DNA from: Oscillibacter sp.
Lineage (GTDB): Bacteria; Bacillota; Clostridia; Oscillospirales; Oscillospiraceae
Direction: 5' to 3'
NCBI GenBank assembly: GCA_034933545.1
Contig: JAYFNH010000013.1
Location: 2,125-66,124 of the forward strand
DNA: 64,000 nucleotides
In this document: one piece after another, positions 23,663 through 35,026 of the stretch
How positions within the stretch are numbered: position 1 is the stretch's first letter
Layout of the letters: each line of letters starts with the position of its first letter
Made by a program: the position numbers and the translations under genes
The notes under the pieces: generated by a model
What the model was told of the DNA's origin: nothing
What the model saw: only the letters and a program-made list of their open reading frames with translations
Database searches by the model: none

Positions 23663-24880
23663 ATGGCAAGATTTACATTACCCAGAGACTTATATCACGG
23701 CAAGGGCGCGCTGGAAGCGCTGAAAACACTGGAGGGCAAGCGGGCCATCGTGTGCGTGGGCGGCGGCAGCATGAAGCGCGGCGGCTTTCTTGACCGTTCC
23801 GTTTCCTACCTGAAGGAAGCCGGCATGGAAGTGGAGTTGATCGAGGGCATTGAATCCGATCCTTCCGTTGAGACTGTCATGAAGGGCGCCGAGGTCATGC
23901 TGAAGTTCCAGCCCGACTGGATCGTTGCCATAGGCGGCGGCTCTCCCATCGACGCCGCCAAGGCCATGTGGATCAAGTACGAATACCCAGAGACCACCTT
24001 TGCGGATATGTGCAAGGTCTTCGGCCTGCCCAAGCTGCGCCGCAAGGCGCACTTCTGCGCCGTTTCCTCCACCTCCGGCACGGCCACTGAGGTGACGGCC
24101 TTCTCCATTATCACCGATTATGAAAAGGGCATCAAGTATCCCATCGCTGACTTTGAGATCACCCCGGACGTGGCCATTGTCGACCCCGATCTGGCGGAGA
24201 CCATGCCCAAGAAGCTGGTGGCCCACACCGGCATGGACGCCATGACCCACGCCGTTGAGGCCTATGTCTCCACCGCCAACAGCGACTTTACCGATCCCCT
24301 TGCCATCTTCGCCATCACCATGATCCAGCACGATCTGGTGGACTCCTACAACGGCGATATGGCCAAGCGGGACGCCATGCACAACGCGCAGTGCCTGGCC
24401 GGCATGGCGTTTTCCAACGCGCTGCTGGGCATTGTTCACTCCATGGCCCATAAGACCGGCGCTGTGTTTGCCGACTGCGGCGCGCATATCGTCCACGGCG
24501 CGGCCAACGCCATGTACCTGCCCAAGGTCATCGCCTTCAACGCCAAGGACCCCACCGCCAAAAAGCGCTACGGCGTGATCGCCGACTTCATGGGTCTTGG
24601 CGGCAGCAGCGACGATGAGAAGGTGCGCCTGCTCATCGACTATCTGCGGGGCATGAACGACGCGCTGAACATTCCCCACTGCATCAGCCACTACGGCTTG
24701 GACGGCATGCCCGCCCAGCATGGCTTCGTTCCCGAGGAAGTCTTTTTGGCAAGACTGCCCGAGATCGCCAAAAATGCCATTGCCGACGCCTGCACCGGTT
24801 CCAACCCCCGTCAGCCCAGCCAGAAGGAAATGGAAGAACTGCTCAAGTGCTGCTACTACGACACCGAGGTGGACTTCTAA
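23663..24880 (+). CDS. Iron-containing alcohol (butanol) dehydrogenase
   Basis: GGGSPIDAAK, TTSGTATEVT-like STSGTATEVT, GMDAMTHAVEAY, LGIVHSMAH, HGAANA; ATG 23663. Confidence 0.93.
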   Translation: MARFTLPRDLYHGKGALEALKTLEGKRAIVCVGGGSMKRGGFLDRSVSYLKEAGMEVELIEGIESDPSVETVMKGAEVMLKFQPDWIVAIGGGSPIDAAKAMWIKYEYPETTFADMCKVFGLPKLRRKAHFCAVSSTSGTATEVTAFSIITDYEKGIKYPIADFEITPDVAIVDPDLAETMPKKLVAHTGMDAMTHAVEAYVSTANSDFTDPLAIFAITMIQHDLVDSYNGDMAKRDAMHNAQCLAGMAFSNALLGIVHSMAHKTGAVFADCGAHIVHGAANAMYLPKVIAFNAKDPTAKKRYGVIADFMGLGGSSDDEKVRLLIDYLRGMNDALNIPHCISHYGLDGMPAQHGFVPEEVFLARLPEIAKNAIADACTGSNPRQPSQKEMEELLKCCYYDTEVDF

Positions 24881-24906
24881 GGCGCCTTCCCGCTCCCTAT
24901 ACAAGA

Positions 24907-24937
24907 CCCGGAGGGCGTTTGCCCTCCGGGCCTTTTC
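24907..24937 (+). terminator. Intrinsic terminator after ADH
   Basis: CCCGGAGGGC / GCCCTCCGGG then CCTTTT. Confidence 0.7.
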
Positions 24938-25039
24938 CGTCCGCTCCCGGCGGGATCCTATTGCGACGTGTGAATGCAGCCAAACACCGACAGGATCTGC
25001 CTTTTCACAGCTAAATAGCCAGCGCTGACACGGGACGGG

Positions 25040-25145
25040 GCAGCGGTCCCGTGAAACGGGCAGGCGAGTGCCGTCTGTCAGCTCCGCCTCCATGGGGCGC
25101 AGGGTCCGCCGGAAAGGGAGCATGGCAGCATATGACTGCCGGCCG
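25040..25145 (-). pseudogene. Possible remnant of a LytTR DNA-binding domain
   Basis: Frame reads GRQSYAAML...MEAELTDGTRLPVSRDR, resembling the HRSYIVNL...L.DG..LPVSR LytTR tail; no intact start. Confidence 0.35.
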
Positions 25146-25521
25146 GCTTCAGCCCATTGAGCACGGCTTGCTTTTCCATAAAAGACTGACCGCCGCCCCG
25201 CCGATCCAGCTGGCGTTGTCGTCCGGAACGGTCTTCACCGGCTCGGTATCCAGTGCGTACCACCGCTCCATGATCCGCTGCCAGTGTGTAGATCTACTGT
25301 GATCCAACAAAATCCCTTTTCAACAGACCGTCTGTGAAAGATAAGAACAAATCTGCAAAAGTAAAATTTGCAGGGAAATGGCGATTTTTCCCGCCGATAT
25401 GCCTCTGAAAAAGGTGTTGTCCGCTGCCGGGAATCGCCCTGGTCTTTTTGCAAAAAACGATGATGGGGCCTTTGCTCCCGACAAAAGACAGATGCGCCGA
25501 ACATGGCGCATCTGTCTTTTG

Positions 25522-25821
25522 TTACAGGTATTTTTGAATGGCTTTTTTAAATTCTTCAATGGCCTCCATGTCCCCATCTTCCACCGCGTGGGCGATGCAG
25601 TGGGTAATATGCTCGTTAATGATCTCCTTGCCAAGGCCGTTGAGAGCGGACCTTGCGGCGGAGATCTGCATCAGGACCGCGGCACAGTCCTCGTCGTTTT
25701 CGATCATCTTCTTGACGTATTGCAGATGTCCGATGACACGAGAAAGACGGTTCAGCTCCCGCTGTTTTTCCTGCGGATTATGAAAATGCCCGTGTTCATG
25801 GTGGCTTAGCTGATGATCCAC
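25522..25821 (-). CDS. CsoR/RcnR-family metal-sensing repressor (InrS-like)
   Basis: GTG 25821 after GGAGG; His-rich N-terminus HHEHGHFH; NRLSRVIGHL...C..VLMQISA.R.AL....HITHC. Confidence 0.88.
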   Translation of the reverse strand: MDHQLSHHEHGHFHNPQEKQRELNRLSRVIGHLQYVKKMIENDEDCAAVLMQISAARSALNGLGKEIINEHITHCIAHAVEDGDMEAIEEFKKAIQKYL

Positions 25822-26047
25822 AAACCGTCCTCCTTGTTCTCCGCGTCTGCCTTCTGCGCCTGGGTGAGATGGGCAGCTTTCTGAATTTAATACAGTATAG
25901 CATAAAAACTGGCACAATAAAAGAATTTTAGAGCGGGAAAACACGAAACGCAGGCAAAAAAGGAGCGGGAAAGAGGCTTGCCGCCTGTGAATGCTCCGCA
26001 GACGGCAAGCCCTTATCCGATCATCCCGGCGATCTGTTCGCTGCGCT

Positions 26048-26632
26048 TTACAGCAGTACGCCGGAGACAATATATTTTTCCTCATCCGATATCACGGTGT
26101 CCACCTTGTACCACTGTCCCATCAGCGCCGCCAACTGATCTTCGGCCATCAGACCCATGGAGACCTTGCTGGCGCTTCCGTGATGGTGCGTGTCGATCCT
26201 GGCCCGGCTCATGCCGTGGGCCACGGTGAGACGCCCCCCCGGCGCCATACAGCCGGCCAGGTGGGAGAGCAGCCCCGCAGGGTCGGGAAAGTGGGGAAAG
26301 GCGTTGTAGATCATCACGCAGTCAAATCTTTCGGGAAAGGTAAGCTCCTGCACGTCGGCGCACCGCACCTGGATACGGGCATCGTCATATTTTCCCGCGG
26401 CGATATGGGCCATGACCGGAGAGATATCCACGCCCACCACAGATGCTACGTCGCGGGCCAGATAATCGGGGAAGAGGACGCCCGTGCCGCAGGCCACGTC
26501 CAGCACCCGCTTCCCGGAGGAAATGCCGCCGCGGTCCAAAATGGTATGGATGATCCGGTCGCTGCGGACCAGGGCTGCATCCCAGGTGGGCGCGAGGGTA
26601 TCAAAAAAGGCGATCACATCGGAACGTTCCAT
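26048..26632 (-). CDS. Class I SAM-dependent methyltransferase
   Basis: VLDVACGTG, VDISP, FD.VMIYNAFPHF motifs. Confidence 0.9.
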   Translation of the reverse strand: MERSDVIAFFDTLAPTWDAALVRSDRIIHTILDRGGISSGKRVLDVACGTGVLFPDYLARDVASVVGVDISPVMAHIAAGKYDDARIQVRCADVQELTFPERFDCVMIYNAFPHFPDPAGLLSHLAGCMAPGGRLTVAHGMSRARIDTHHHGSASKVSMGLMAEDQLAALMGQWYKVDTVISDEEKYIVSGVLL

Positions 26633-26667
26633 GGTAGAGTCCTCCTGTTCTGGTTCACTATGAGGCG

Positions 26668-27840
26668 TCAGCAGAAAAAGGAGGCGGTGTCCACCTGCTG
26701 ATATCCGCCAAAGCTGGCGGGGGCCCCGAAAATTTCACGGGAGAGCGCTTTGCCCAGAAATGCCTGGGTGATCTCGTCAGTCTTGGCCGCCATGTCCACG
26801 TCCGTAAAGCGATCCGGATAGGCGGTCTTTGCCATGAACCATGTGTTCATCAGGGCCGTTTCATAGTTTGTATAGTAGGCGTTGTAGGCCATCTGGAGAT
26901 AAACACGGCCGGTCTGCCATGCCTTGCAGGAATCGAACAGGGAGCTGTCCGCCTGGTACAGGGGCTTGATATTCTTGACGGCGGCCGCATCCATGATGAT
27001 GATGTCTATGTCCTTGCCAAGAGCGGTGAACTTTTCCTGCTCGATGGGCCCGATACCATCCTTTGCCAGATCGTTCACCACGTTTTTCACGTTGGCAATG
27101 CGGCAGGGAATATAGTTCTGAGCGGTCATCAGGTGGTTGGTGGTACCCCAGTTGCCAAGGCCGCAGACATAGACGCCGGGTTTGTCCGCGTCGGCAATAC
27201 CGGCGGTCCTGACGGTAATATCGGCCGTCTGGGCGTCAATAAAGGAGATCAGCGTCCGGGCTTTTTCCTCTTTGCCGAAAAGGGTGCCCAGCAGGGTCAT
27301 GGAGTTTTTGAACGCGTCGTCAAAGACGCCGCCCGGGCCTGCCTTCAGCGTGACCACGGGAACGCCCAGCTGCTCTTGCAGGGCATTTTCTTTTTCCACG
27401 TCTTCGTATTCGGAGATCACAATATCCGGGGCGCAGGCAAGGATCTTTTCCGCTTCCGCCGCCTGAGCGTTGGGGCCTCCTACGCCGCAGGAGGGCAGCT
27501 GGGAAAAGACGTCGCCAAAGGCCAAAACATAGGGCCGCGCCACGGAGTCGAACATCTTGGGCCGGTTTTCCAGCGTGGGGTTGTCGATGTCCTCCACGCC
27601 GCACAGCAGCGCCGTATCGCCGATATAGCTGTACATCCGCAGCGCGCCGGCGCCGATGCAGGCCACCTTTTGATACTGACCGGGGGTGACACTTACCTCC
27701 CGGCCGATGAGATCGGTGATGGTGACCTCCTCCTCCTTCCCGCCGGCGGTGCTTTCGGTCTGGCTGGATCGTCCGCAGGCGAACAAAGCAACGGTCATCA
27801 TAAGGGCCAGGATAAGGGCAAGTCCTCTTTTAACTTTCAT
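26668..27840 (-). CDS. Iron/cobalamin-chelate-type ABC transporter substrate-binding lipoprotein
   Basis: Lipobox LFACG; [10 protein letters not shown]; EKIL..APDIVI; GRVY; ATG 27840. Confidence 0.88.
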   Translation of the reverse strand: MKVKRGLALILALMMTVALFACGRSSQTESTAGGKEEEVTITDLIGREVSVTPGQYQKVACIGAGALRMYSYIGDTALLCGVEDIDNPTLENRPKMFDSVARPYVLAFGDVFSQLPSCGVGGPNAQAAEAEKILACAPDIVISEYEDVEKENALQEQLGVPVVTLKAGPGGVFDDAFKNSMTLLGTLFGKEEKARTLISFIDAQTADITVRTAGIADADKPGVYVCGLGNWGTTNHLMTAQNYIPCRIANVKNVVNDLAKDGIGPIEQEKFTALGKDIDIIIMDAAAVKNIKPLYQADSSLFDSCKAWQTGRVYLQMAYNAYYTNYETALMNTWFMAKTAYPDRFTDVDMAAKTDEITQAFLGKALSREIFGAPASFGGYQQVDTASFFC

Positions 27841-28600
27841 AACGGTTTCTCCCAATAATCATTTTTTGATTTTCTATGGTAACGATCCTGACGCTGACGC
27901 CGAAAACGTCCTGGATGACGCTTTCGCTAATGCACTCCGCGCCGCCGGAATATTTGATGGCGCCGTCCTTGATAAGAAAAAATTTGTCGCCGAAATGCAT
28001 GGCCTGGTTCAGATCGTGCAGCGAGCTGAGAATGCCGATGCCCCGGTTCCGGGTCAGCTTCTTCGCTTCTTCCATCATCAGCTGTTCATTGGCTACGTCC
28101 AGATTGCCTGTGGGTTCGTCAAAGATCAGCAGACGCGGCTCCTGGGCCATCGCCCGGGCGATGGCGATCTTCTGCCGTTCGCCGCCGGAAAGCTCCTGCA
28201 CGTTTCGGGCGGCAAAGGGAGCAAGACACATATCATCCATAATCTTCTCCACGGCTGCGTAGTCCTCGGGCTGTGCCTTCAGGCCGAAATAGGACACACG
28301 CCCCATGAGAATGGAGTCAAACACGCTCAGGGAGCCAAAGCGGATATCCTGGGGCACATAGGCCACTTTGCGAGCCCGCTCTTTTCGCGGCATCCGCAGA
28401 AGATCCTCGCCGTCAAAGCGGATGGAGCCGCTGTCCGGCGTGTGGACCCCCAGTATGTTTTTAAAAAGCGTGGTCTTTCCCGAACCGTTTTTGCCCAGGA
28501 GGATCCCGATCTCCCCGTCCTTTAGCTGCAAACTGAAGTCGTTGAGAACAGGCAGCGTCCGCCGGGTGTACTGGAAGGACAGATGATCAATATGCAGCAT
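27830..28600 (-). CDS. ABC transporter ATP-binding protein (FepC/BtuD-like)
   Basis: [28 protein letters not shown]; ATG 28600. Confidence 0.92.
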   Translation of the reverse strand: MLHIDHLSFQYTRRTLPVLNDFSLQLKDGEIGILLGKNGSGKTTLFKNILGVHTPDSGSIRFDGEDLLRMPRKERARKVAYVPQDIRFGSLSVFDSILMGRVSYFGLKAQPEDYAAVEKIMDDMCLAPFAARNVQELSGGERQKIAIARAMAQEPRLLIFDEPTGNLDVANEQLMMEEAKKLTRNRGIGILSSLHDLNQAMHFGDKFFLIKDGAIKYSGGAECISESVIQDVFGVSVRIVTIENQKMIIGRNRYES

Positions 28601-29660
28601 CGCCTGCTCCCCCTTTTTGAAAGATGATGAAAATAAAGAACGGCGCCCCCAGCAGAGAGGTGATGGCGCCCACCGGCAGGGCGGAGCCGCTGCCCATGCT
28701 TCTGGAAAGCGTGTCGGCGATGAGCAGCAGGAGACTGCCGCTGAGGGCCGACACAGGAATGGAAAGCCGGTGATCCTGCCCCAGCAGCTTCTTTGTGATG
28801 TGCGGGCAGATGATCCCCACAAACCCGATAACGCCCAGAAAGGAGACACAGACGGCTGTGATCAGCGACGCGAGCAGCAAGGAGAAAAAACGCAGCAGAT
28901 CCACATTGATGCCCATGCTCCTGGCCGTTATCTCGCCGCTGAGCAGGGCGTTGTACCGCCATGCCATCAGCATAAAGAAGACAAGACCCGCAAGCACCAC
29001 CGCCAGCATGAGAGCATCGGTGCGGTAGGTGGCTCTGCCCAGATCCCCAAAATTCCAGATGACGGCGGCGGATAAACCCACATCGGTGGCGTAAAACTGC
29101 AAAATGGTGGTGGCCGCCGTCCAGATGGAGCCAACGGCAATACCGGCCAGCACCACCACATTGGGGGAAAAGGCACGGAGGCGGCAAAGCCCCAGTATCA
29201 GCAAAATAGACACGGTGGAAAAAAGAAAGGCCATGAAACTGGTGGCGTAAGGATTGGCGCCCACGGCGAAGTTGGACACATTGTGCCCGGTGGACAAAAA
29301 ACCGCCGGCAAAGGCGATGATGGAAAGGTTGGCGCCGAACACCGCCGCGTTGGAAACGCCCAGGGTGGAGGGCGAGGCCATGAAGTTGCTCAGCGTGGTC
29401 TGCATGATAAGGCCGGCGACTGACAGGCCCGCTCCGGCGATCAGTGCCGCCAGAAGACGGGGAATGCGGATATGCCAGATGATGCGTATATGGGCGGCGG
29501 TGCCGGCTTTGGCAAGCGCCGCAGCGACCTCCCCAACGGACATCCCCGAAGAGCCCACAAAAAGGCAGACAAACGCCATCACCACCACGGCGGCGACCAT
29601 CACAAGAAGAATGGCGATATGCTTTTTGTTGGTATGACTCAATGTTTTGGCAGTTCTCAT
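28587..29660 (-). CDS. FecCD/BtuC-family ABC permease
   Basis: [16 protein letters not shown]...Q....[10 protein letters not shown]; [12 protein letters not shown]. Confidence 0.92.
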   Translation of the reverse strand: MRTAKTLSHTNKKHIAILLVMVAAVVVMAFVCLFVGSSGMSVGEVAAALAKAGTAAHIRIIWHIRIPRLLAALIAGAGLSVAGLIMQTTLSNFMASPSTLGVSNAAVFGANLSIIAFAGGFLSTGHNVSNFAVGANPYATSFMAFLFSTVSILLILGLCRLRAFSPNVVVLAGIAVGSIWTAATTILQFYATDVGLSAAVIWNFGDLGRATYRTDALMLAVVLAGLVFFMLMAWRYNALLSGEITARSMGINVDLLRFFSLLLASLITAVCVSFLGVIGFVGIICPHITKKLLGQDHRLSIPVSALSGSLLLLIADTLSRSMGSGSALPVGAITSLLGAPFFIFIIFQKGGAGDAAY

Positions 29661-29851
29661 AGTGATGGATGTATCTCCAATTTTTCATTTTTACCCTTAA
29701 AAATATAACATAAAGCGGGAAACCGCGGAAGCCCCCAGGGGGGATGCCCGGCGCGCGTTCTTGCCGATAAGGGAGATACAATGTGGGGCGGCTTTACAAA
29801 CGGCGTCGAAAATGGTATGTTGGTAGTAAAGATTTTGATGGAGGCGTTGCT

Positions 29852-31087
29852 ATGAAAGAAAGAATGGGGCGGCCCTATGAGCGGCTGATACGCTATACAA
29901 AATTTGAGACCGTATCCCGTGAGGGCGTGGAGACCAGCCCGTCCACACCGGAGCAGACCGTCTTTGGCCGGGCGCTGGTGGACGAGCTCAGGGCCATCGG
30001 TGTGGCCGACGCTGGCATGGACGAAAACGGCTATGTGTATGGCACCATTCCGGCCAATGTGCCGGACTTCAAGGGCCAGGTGGTGGCGTTTCTCAGCCAT
30101 ATGGACGTGGCCTCCGCATCCCCCTGCAAAGGGGTGAAACCCCGTGTGGTGGCGTATCAGGGCGGCGACGTGGAGCTGGGCGACGGCGTTACATTGCGGG
30201 GTGCCGACTTCCCTCAGCTCAAAAGCTATATTGGCAAATCCCTGGTGGTGACGGACGGCTCCACCCTCCTGGGCGCGGACGACAAGGCCGGTATCGCCGA
30301 GATTATGACCATGGCCGAGACGCTGCTCTCCGACGGTTCCATTCCCCATGGCACCATAAAGGTCTGCTTTACCCCCGATGAAGAAATCGGCAGCGGCGCC
30401 GGACTGCTGGATCTGGAGCGGCTGGGGGCGGATGTGGCGTTCACGCTGGATGGCGACGAGTTTGGCGCGGTGGAGTATGAAACCTTCAACGCCGCCGATG
30501 TGGTGGCCACCTTTACCGGCGTCAGTGTGCATCCGGGCTCTGCCAAGGGTATTTTGAAAAACGCGGTACTGATGGCCACGGAGTTCATTGCGGCCCTGCC
30601 GGAAGCGGAGCGGCCGGAGACAACCGAGGGACACGAGGGCTACTTCTTTGCCGAAAGCGTCACCGGCGAGGTGGAGCGTGCCAGCGTTCACTGCCTCATC
30701 CGTGACCACGACAAGGAGTGTTATGCCCGCCGCAAAGAAACACTGCGTAAGATCATCGCCTCCATCAACGAAACATATGGCCCGGGCGCGGCGGCCATAC
30801 AGATCGAGGACAGCTACCATAACATGATGGAAAAGGTATTGCCAGACCACAAGGACATGATCGACGCGGCTTACGCCGCCGTGAAAGCCGCGGGCGGCAC
30901 GCCGGTGACGAACCCCATCCGGGGGGGTACGGATGGCGCGGCGCTGTCCTTCCGGGGCTTGCCGTGCCCCAATCTGGGCGTGGGCGGCGGCAATTTCCAC
31001 AGCCGGCTGGAATACGCCTGCTGCGAAGATATGGACAGCATTGTTAAAGAGCTGCTCTTCATTGCGGAACACTACGCAAAAGCATAA
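29852..31087 (+). CDS. pepT: Peptidase T (M20 tripeptide aminopeptidase)
   Basis: SHMD, LGADDKAGIA, FTPDEEIG, GVSVHPGSAKG, PIRGGTDG, NFHS; ATG 29852. Confidence 0.93.
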   Translation: MKERMGRPYERLIRYTKFETVSREGVETSPSTPEQTVFGRALVDELRAIGVADAGMDENGYVYGTIPANVPDFKGQVVAFLSHMDVASASPCKGVKPRVVAYQGGDVELGDGVTLRGADFPQLKSYIGKSLVVTDGSTLLGADDKAGIAEIMTMAETLLSDGSIPHGTIKVCFTPDEEIGSGAGLLDLERLGADVAFTLDGDEFGAVEYETFNAADVVATFTGVSVHPGSAKGILKNAVLMATEFIAALPEAERPETTEGHEGYFFAESVTGEVERASVHCLIRDHDKECYARRKETLRKIIASINETYGPGAAAIQIEDSYHNMMEKVLPDHKDMIDAAYAAVKAAGGTPVTNPIRGGTDGAALSFRGLPCPNLGVGGGNFHSRLEYACCEDMDSIVKELLFIAEHYAKA

Positions 31088-31091
31088 AGAA

Positions 31092-31167
31092 AAAGGCACG
31101 CCGGTTCGATCTGAACCGGCGTGCCTTTCTTGATGAAAAAAGAGACCGCCAGAAGGCGGTCTCTTTT
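31092..31167. terminator. Two hairpins between convergent pepT and oppA
   Basis: AAAGGCACGCCGGTTC/GAACCGGCGTGCCTTT and AAAAGAGACCGCC/GGCGGTCTCTTTT. Confidence 0.8.
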
Positions 31168-31186
31168 CAAATGCTGTCAAAACAGA

Positions 31187-32830
31187 TCAGGCGGTGATGT
31201 CGGCATACTGGAAGTACCAGTAACCATAGGGGGAGTGCCAGTAACCGGTGACCTTGTCGCTGCACAGATAAAAGTCATTGTAATAAGCGACGGGGATGCA
31301 GGCGGCATCAGACATCAGCAGATCCTCTGCCTGATGCAGATAACCGAAGCGGGTCTGAGGATCGGCTTCAGCGGCAGCCTTCTCCATCAGAGCGTCATAG
31401 GCGGGGTTGTTGTACTTACTGTCGTTGTTACCGTTGGTGGAAACCAGCACATCCAGCATGTTGGAAGGATCGTTATAGTCGAACAGCCAGCCGTTACGGG
31501 AGATCTCAAAGTCACCGGCGCGGCGCAGGGGAGTAAAGGAAGCCCACTCGACCACATCGACCTTCAGAGTGACACCCAGCTGGGCCCATGCCTGCTGCAG
31601 GTACTGCGCGAGGACTTTATGATAACTGGCGTCGTTGGTGGAGTAAGTCAGCGTGGGCAGACCCTTGCCGTCGGGATAGCCGGCCTCAGAGAGGAGCTGC
31701 TTGGCCTTGGCCAGGTTGGCGGCGTTATCCTTGCTGATGTAGCTCTGGCCACCGTTGGCGTTGGCCATGAAGGCGCTGCCGTCCCAGTCAGTGATGCCGG
31801 TGCCCACGAAGTTGTAGGCGGGAGTGTAAACGCCCTGCATCAGCGTGTTGGCCACATAGTCACGGTCGATGGCCAGGGACAGAGCCTGACGCAACTTGGC
31901 GTTGGTAAAAGGCGCCTTGGCATCGTTCATGCAGACGTAATAGGTACCCATGTCAGGATCCACATGGAAGTTGGGATTGCTGCGCAGGTTGGGGATCTCG
32001 GCAGTGGGAACGTCCTTGATCATCATAGCCTCGCCGGTGTTGTAGGCGGCATAGGAGGCGTTGGAATCTTCCATGAGCAGCAGCTTGATGGAATCAAGCT
32101 TGATGGAAGAAGCGTCACGATAGTTGGGGTTCTTGGTGAACACAATGTAGGAGCTGGGGACCCACTCGCTGATGTAGAAGGGGCCGTTGCAGATGTAAGA
32201 CTCAGGCTTGGTGGCCCAGGAGTCACCATTCTTTTCAATGGTGGTCTTGTTCACGGGGCTGAGGGTGGCAAAAGCAGCCAGCTTATCGAAATAGGAACAA
32301 GGAGCGGACAGCTTCACGACGAAGGTCTGATCGTCGGAAGCGGAGACGGCCAGAGCGTCCACGTCGCCGGCTTGAGCCTTGTCAAAGCCGTCGACCATGC
32401 CCAGAACCGTTTTAGCATAAGGGGCGGCGGTCTTGGGATCAGCCACGCGCTTCCAGCTGTATACGAAGTCCTTGGCAGTCAGAGCGGAACCGTCGGACCA
32501 CTTCAGATCCTTGCGCAGGTGGAAGGTCCAGGTGAGACCGTCAGAAGAGGGTCCCCACTTTTCGGCCGCGCCGGCAATGATGTTGTTGTTCTTGTCCACG
32601 TTGAGCAGGCAGTCAAATGCCAAAATCAGCATATTGCCGCCGTCAACTGCGCTGTTCAGAGCGGGGTCAATGGTCTCGGGGTTGGGGCCGATTTCGGCGA
32701 CCAACTGCTTCGTACCGGTGGTGGCGGTAGTGCCGCCGCTGGTGTTGGACTTGCTGCCGCAGCCAGCCAGCAGCGACAGAGCCATTACCAGAGCGAACAC
32801 AAGCGATAGTGTTCTCTTCATGTTTTTCAT
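31187..32830 (-). CDS. oppA: Oligopeptide ABC transporter substrate-binding lipoprotein
   Basis: Lipobox LLAGC; PETIDPA; WTFHLR..LKWSDG..LTAKDFVYSWKR; NGPF; LRQALSLAIDR. Confidence 0.92.
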   Translation of the reverse strand: MKNMKRTLSLVFALVMALSLLAGCGSKSNTSGGTTATTGTKQLVAEIGPNPETIDPALNSAVDGGNMLILAFDCLLNVDKNNNIIAGAAEKWGPSSDGLTWTFHLRKDLKWSDGSALTAKDFVYSWKRVADPKTAAPYAKTVLGMVDGFDKAQAGDVDALAVSASDDQTFVVKLSAPCSYFDKLAAFATLSPVNKTTIEKNGDSWATKPESYICNGPFYISEWVPSSYIVFTKNPNYRDASSIKLDSIKLLLMEDSNASYAAYNTGEAMMIKDVPTAEIPNLRSNPNFHVDPDMGTYYVCMNDAKAPFTNAKLRQALSLAIDRDYVANTLMQGVYTPAYNFVGTGITDWDGSAFMANANGGQSYISKDNAANLAKAKQLLSEAGYPDGKGLPTLTYSTNDASYHKVLAQYLQQAWAQLGVTLKVDVVEWASFTPLRRAGDFEISRNGWLFDYNDPSNMLDVLVSTNGNNDSKYNNPAYDALMEKAAAEADPQTRFGYLHQAEDLLMSDAACIPVAYYNDFYLCSDKVTGYWHSPYGYWYFQYADITA

Positions 32831-32965
32831 TCTCCTCCTTGAAATTTTAGTTTTTGCAAGAAACATACAAAGCCCGAGGGCTTGGTATTCCCATACTATA
32901 CACGCAACCTTTGCCAATGTAAAGAGTAAAATGGCACTTAAAAGGGAAATGTACGCGTGCAGAGA

Positions 32966-33943
32966 TCACTTAACCCGATCAAGATGGTGGCAGGCGGCGA
33001 AATGGCCGGGCGAGACCTCTTTAAATTCGGGCTCTTCCTGAGAACAGTACTCATCGGCGTAAGGACAGCGCGTGCGGAAATGACAGCCGGAGGGAGGATT
33101 CACAGGGGAGGGGACATCGCCTTCCAGGACGATGCGCCGGGCGGCGCGGTTCTCGGCGGGGTCGGCGATGGGGATGGCGGAGATCAGGCTGCGAGTGTAA
33201 GGATGGACGCTGTGGAAGGTCAGCTCATAGCTGTCTGCCAGCTCCACCAGCTTGCCCAGATACATCACGCCGATGCGGTTGGAAATATGCTTCACCACAC
33301 TAAGGTTGTGGGCAATAAACAGATAGGTAAGCCCCATCCTTTCCTGCAGGTCTTCAAACATATTCACCACCTGGGCCTGAATAGACACGTCCAGAGCAGA
33401 AATAGGTTCGTCGCAGACAATAAATTCGGGATTCACCGCCAGGGCTCTGGCGATACCGACGCGCTGGCGCTGGCCGCCGGAAAATTCGTGGGGATAGCGG
33501 TTGGCGTGCTCGGAGTTGAGCCCCACCAGAGACAGCAGTTCAATGATGCGGTTCCGCCGATCCTTTTCGTTTTTGGCCAGCTTGTGAATGTCGATGGCCT
33601 CGCCCACGATATCACCCACAGTCATGCGGGGATCCAGACTCGCGTAGGGGTCCTGGAACACGATCTGCATCTTGCGGCGATAGGGGAGCATCTTGGCATG
33701 GGTGATATCCACGCCGTCATAGAAGATCTTGCCGTCGGTGGGCTCGTGCAGGCGCAGGAGGGTCCGTCCGGTGGTGGTCTTGCCGCAGCCGGATTCACCC
33801 ACAAGGCCCAGTGTCTCTCCTTTATTAATATAGAACGAAACATCGTCCACGGCCTTGACGACCTTCTTTTCAAACAGCTTGCCGCCTTTTACGGGGAAGT
33901 ACTGCTGAAGGTGCTGGACCTCAATGAGTTTCTTCTCTTCCAT
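32966..33943 (-). CDS. oppF: Oligopeptide ABC transporter ATPase
   Basis: [32 protein letters not shown]-terminal GCHFRTRC. Confidence 0.92.
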   Translation of the reverse strand: MEEKKLIEVQHLQQYFPVKGGKLFEKKVVKAVDDVSFYINKGETLGLVGESGCGKTTTGRTLLRLHEPTDGKIFYDGVDITHAKMLPYRRKMQIVFQDPYASLDPRMTVGDIVGEAIDIHKLAKNEKDRRNRIIELLSLVGLNSEHANRYPHEFSGGQRQRVGIARALAVNPEFIVCDEPISALDVSIQAQVVNMFEDLQERMGLTYLFIAHNLSVVKHISNRIGVMYLGKLVELADSYELTFHSVHPYTRSLISAIPIADPAENRAARRIVLEGDVPSPVNPPSGCHFRTRCPYADEYCSQEEPEFKEVSPGHFAACHHLDRVK

Positions 33944-35010
33944 TATGCCTTCTCCTCTCTCTGACGCTCAAACTCGGCCTTATCCAGCAGCCAGCAGGCG
34001 CTGTAATGGGAGTCCGTCAGATGTGTGTATTCCGGCATATGCTGCAGGCACACCTTCATGCAGGAGTGGCAGCGGGGCGCAAAGGGACAGCCTGCCGGAG
34101 GATTGAGCATATCCACAGGGAAGCCTTCGATGGGGACCAGGCGTTTGTGCTCCGTATCCTTCAGATTGGGGATGCTGGCAATAAGCCCCTTGGTGTACTC
34201 ATGGGCGGGATGGTAGAAAATGTCGTCCGTCGGGCCGCTTTCCACCACCTTGCCGGCGTACATCACGGCGATGCGGTCGCAGGTACCGGCCACCACGCCC
34301 AGGTCATGGGTGATGAGGATGACGGCCATGCCAAGACGCTTTTTCAGATCCATGATCAGTTCCAGAATCTGCGCTTGAATGGTCACGTCCAAAGCGGTGG
34401 TGGGTTCGTCGGCAATCAGCAGCTTCGGCTCGCAGGCCAGGGCGATGGCGATCATCACACGCTGGCGCATACCGCCGGAGAGCTCGTGAGGGTACTGCTT
34501 GAGCCGCTTGTCGGGCTCGTTGATGCCCACCAGCGTCAGCAGCTCACGGGCACGGTCGTTGGCTTCCTTCTGGGTCTTGTCGGTGTGCAGCAAAATGACC
34601 TCGGTAATCTGATTGCCGATGGTATAAACTGGGTTCAGACTGGTCATGGGGTCCTGGAAAATAATGGACACCTCGTTGCCGCGCATTTTGCGCATTTCGG
34701 ACTCCGTCATGTCGTTGATATGGTGGCCGCTGAACCAGATATCGCCGCCGATGAGACGGCCGGGGTGAGCGGTGAGGCCCATCAAACTGTAAGCCGTCAC
34801 GGATTTGCCGGAGCCGGATTCACCCACGATGCCCAGCACCTCGCCGGGTCGCACGTACAGCGACACGTCGTTGAGGGCTTTCACTTCACCGGCGGGGGTG
34901 AAGAAAGAGAGACGTTCATGCTGGATATCCACCAAATACTCGGGGTTGTACACGTTTTTGGTTGCGTTATTTTCTGTTTCGGCCGCCACCGAAGCGTTTT
35001 CCTTTTTCAT
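33943..35010 (-). CDS. oppD: Oligopeptide ABC transporter ATPase
   Basis: [42 protein letters not shown]. Confidence 0.92.
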   Translation of the reverse strand: MKKENASVAAETENNATKNVYNPEYLVDIQHERLSFFTPAGEVKALNDVSLYVRPGEVLGIVGESGSGKSVTAYSLMGLTAHPGRLIGGDIWFSGHHINDMTESEMRKMRGNEVSIIFQDPMTSLNPVYTIGNQITEVILLHTDKTQKEANDRARELLTLVGINEPDKRLKQYPHELSGGMRQRVMIAIALACEPKLLIADEPTTALDVTIQAQILELIMDLKKRLGMAVILITHDLGVVAGTCDRIAVMYAGKVVESGPTDDIFYHPAHEYTKGLIASIPNLKDTEHKRLVPIEGFPVDMLNPPAGCPFAPRCHSCMKVCLQHMPEYTHLTDSHYSACWLLDKAEFERQREEKA

Positions 35011-35026
35011 GTTGTTCCTCCTGCCG

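Noticed and set aside
23690-25123. 477-aa minus-strand ORF
   Set aside because: Shadow of the ADH gene; only its first ~30 codons look protein-like (LytTR-like remnant).
29710-29760. AAAGCGGGAAACCG, superficially like a cobalamin riboswitch start
   Set aside because: No downstream GCCACTG/GGGAAG/AGYCAG elements, and wrong strand for the ABC operon.
29670-29780. 9-bp inverted repeat TGTATCTCC/GGAGATACA between divergent fecCD and pepT
   Set aside because: Both arms are GGAG-containing, RBS-like sequences about 100 bp apart; more likely coincidence than operator or structure.
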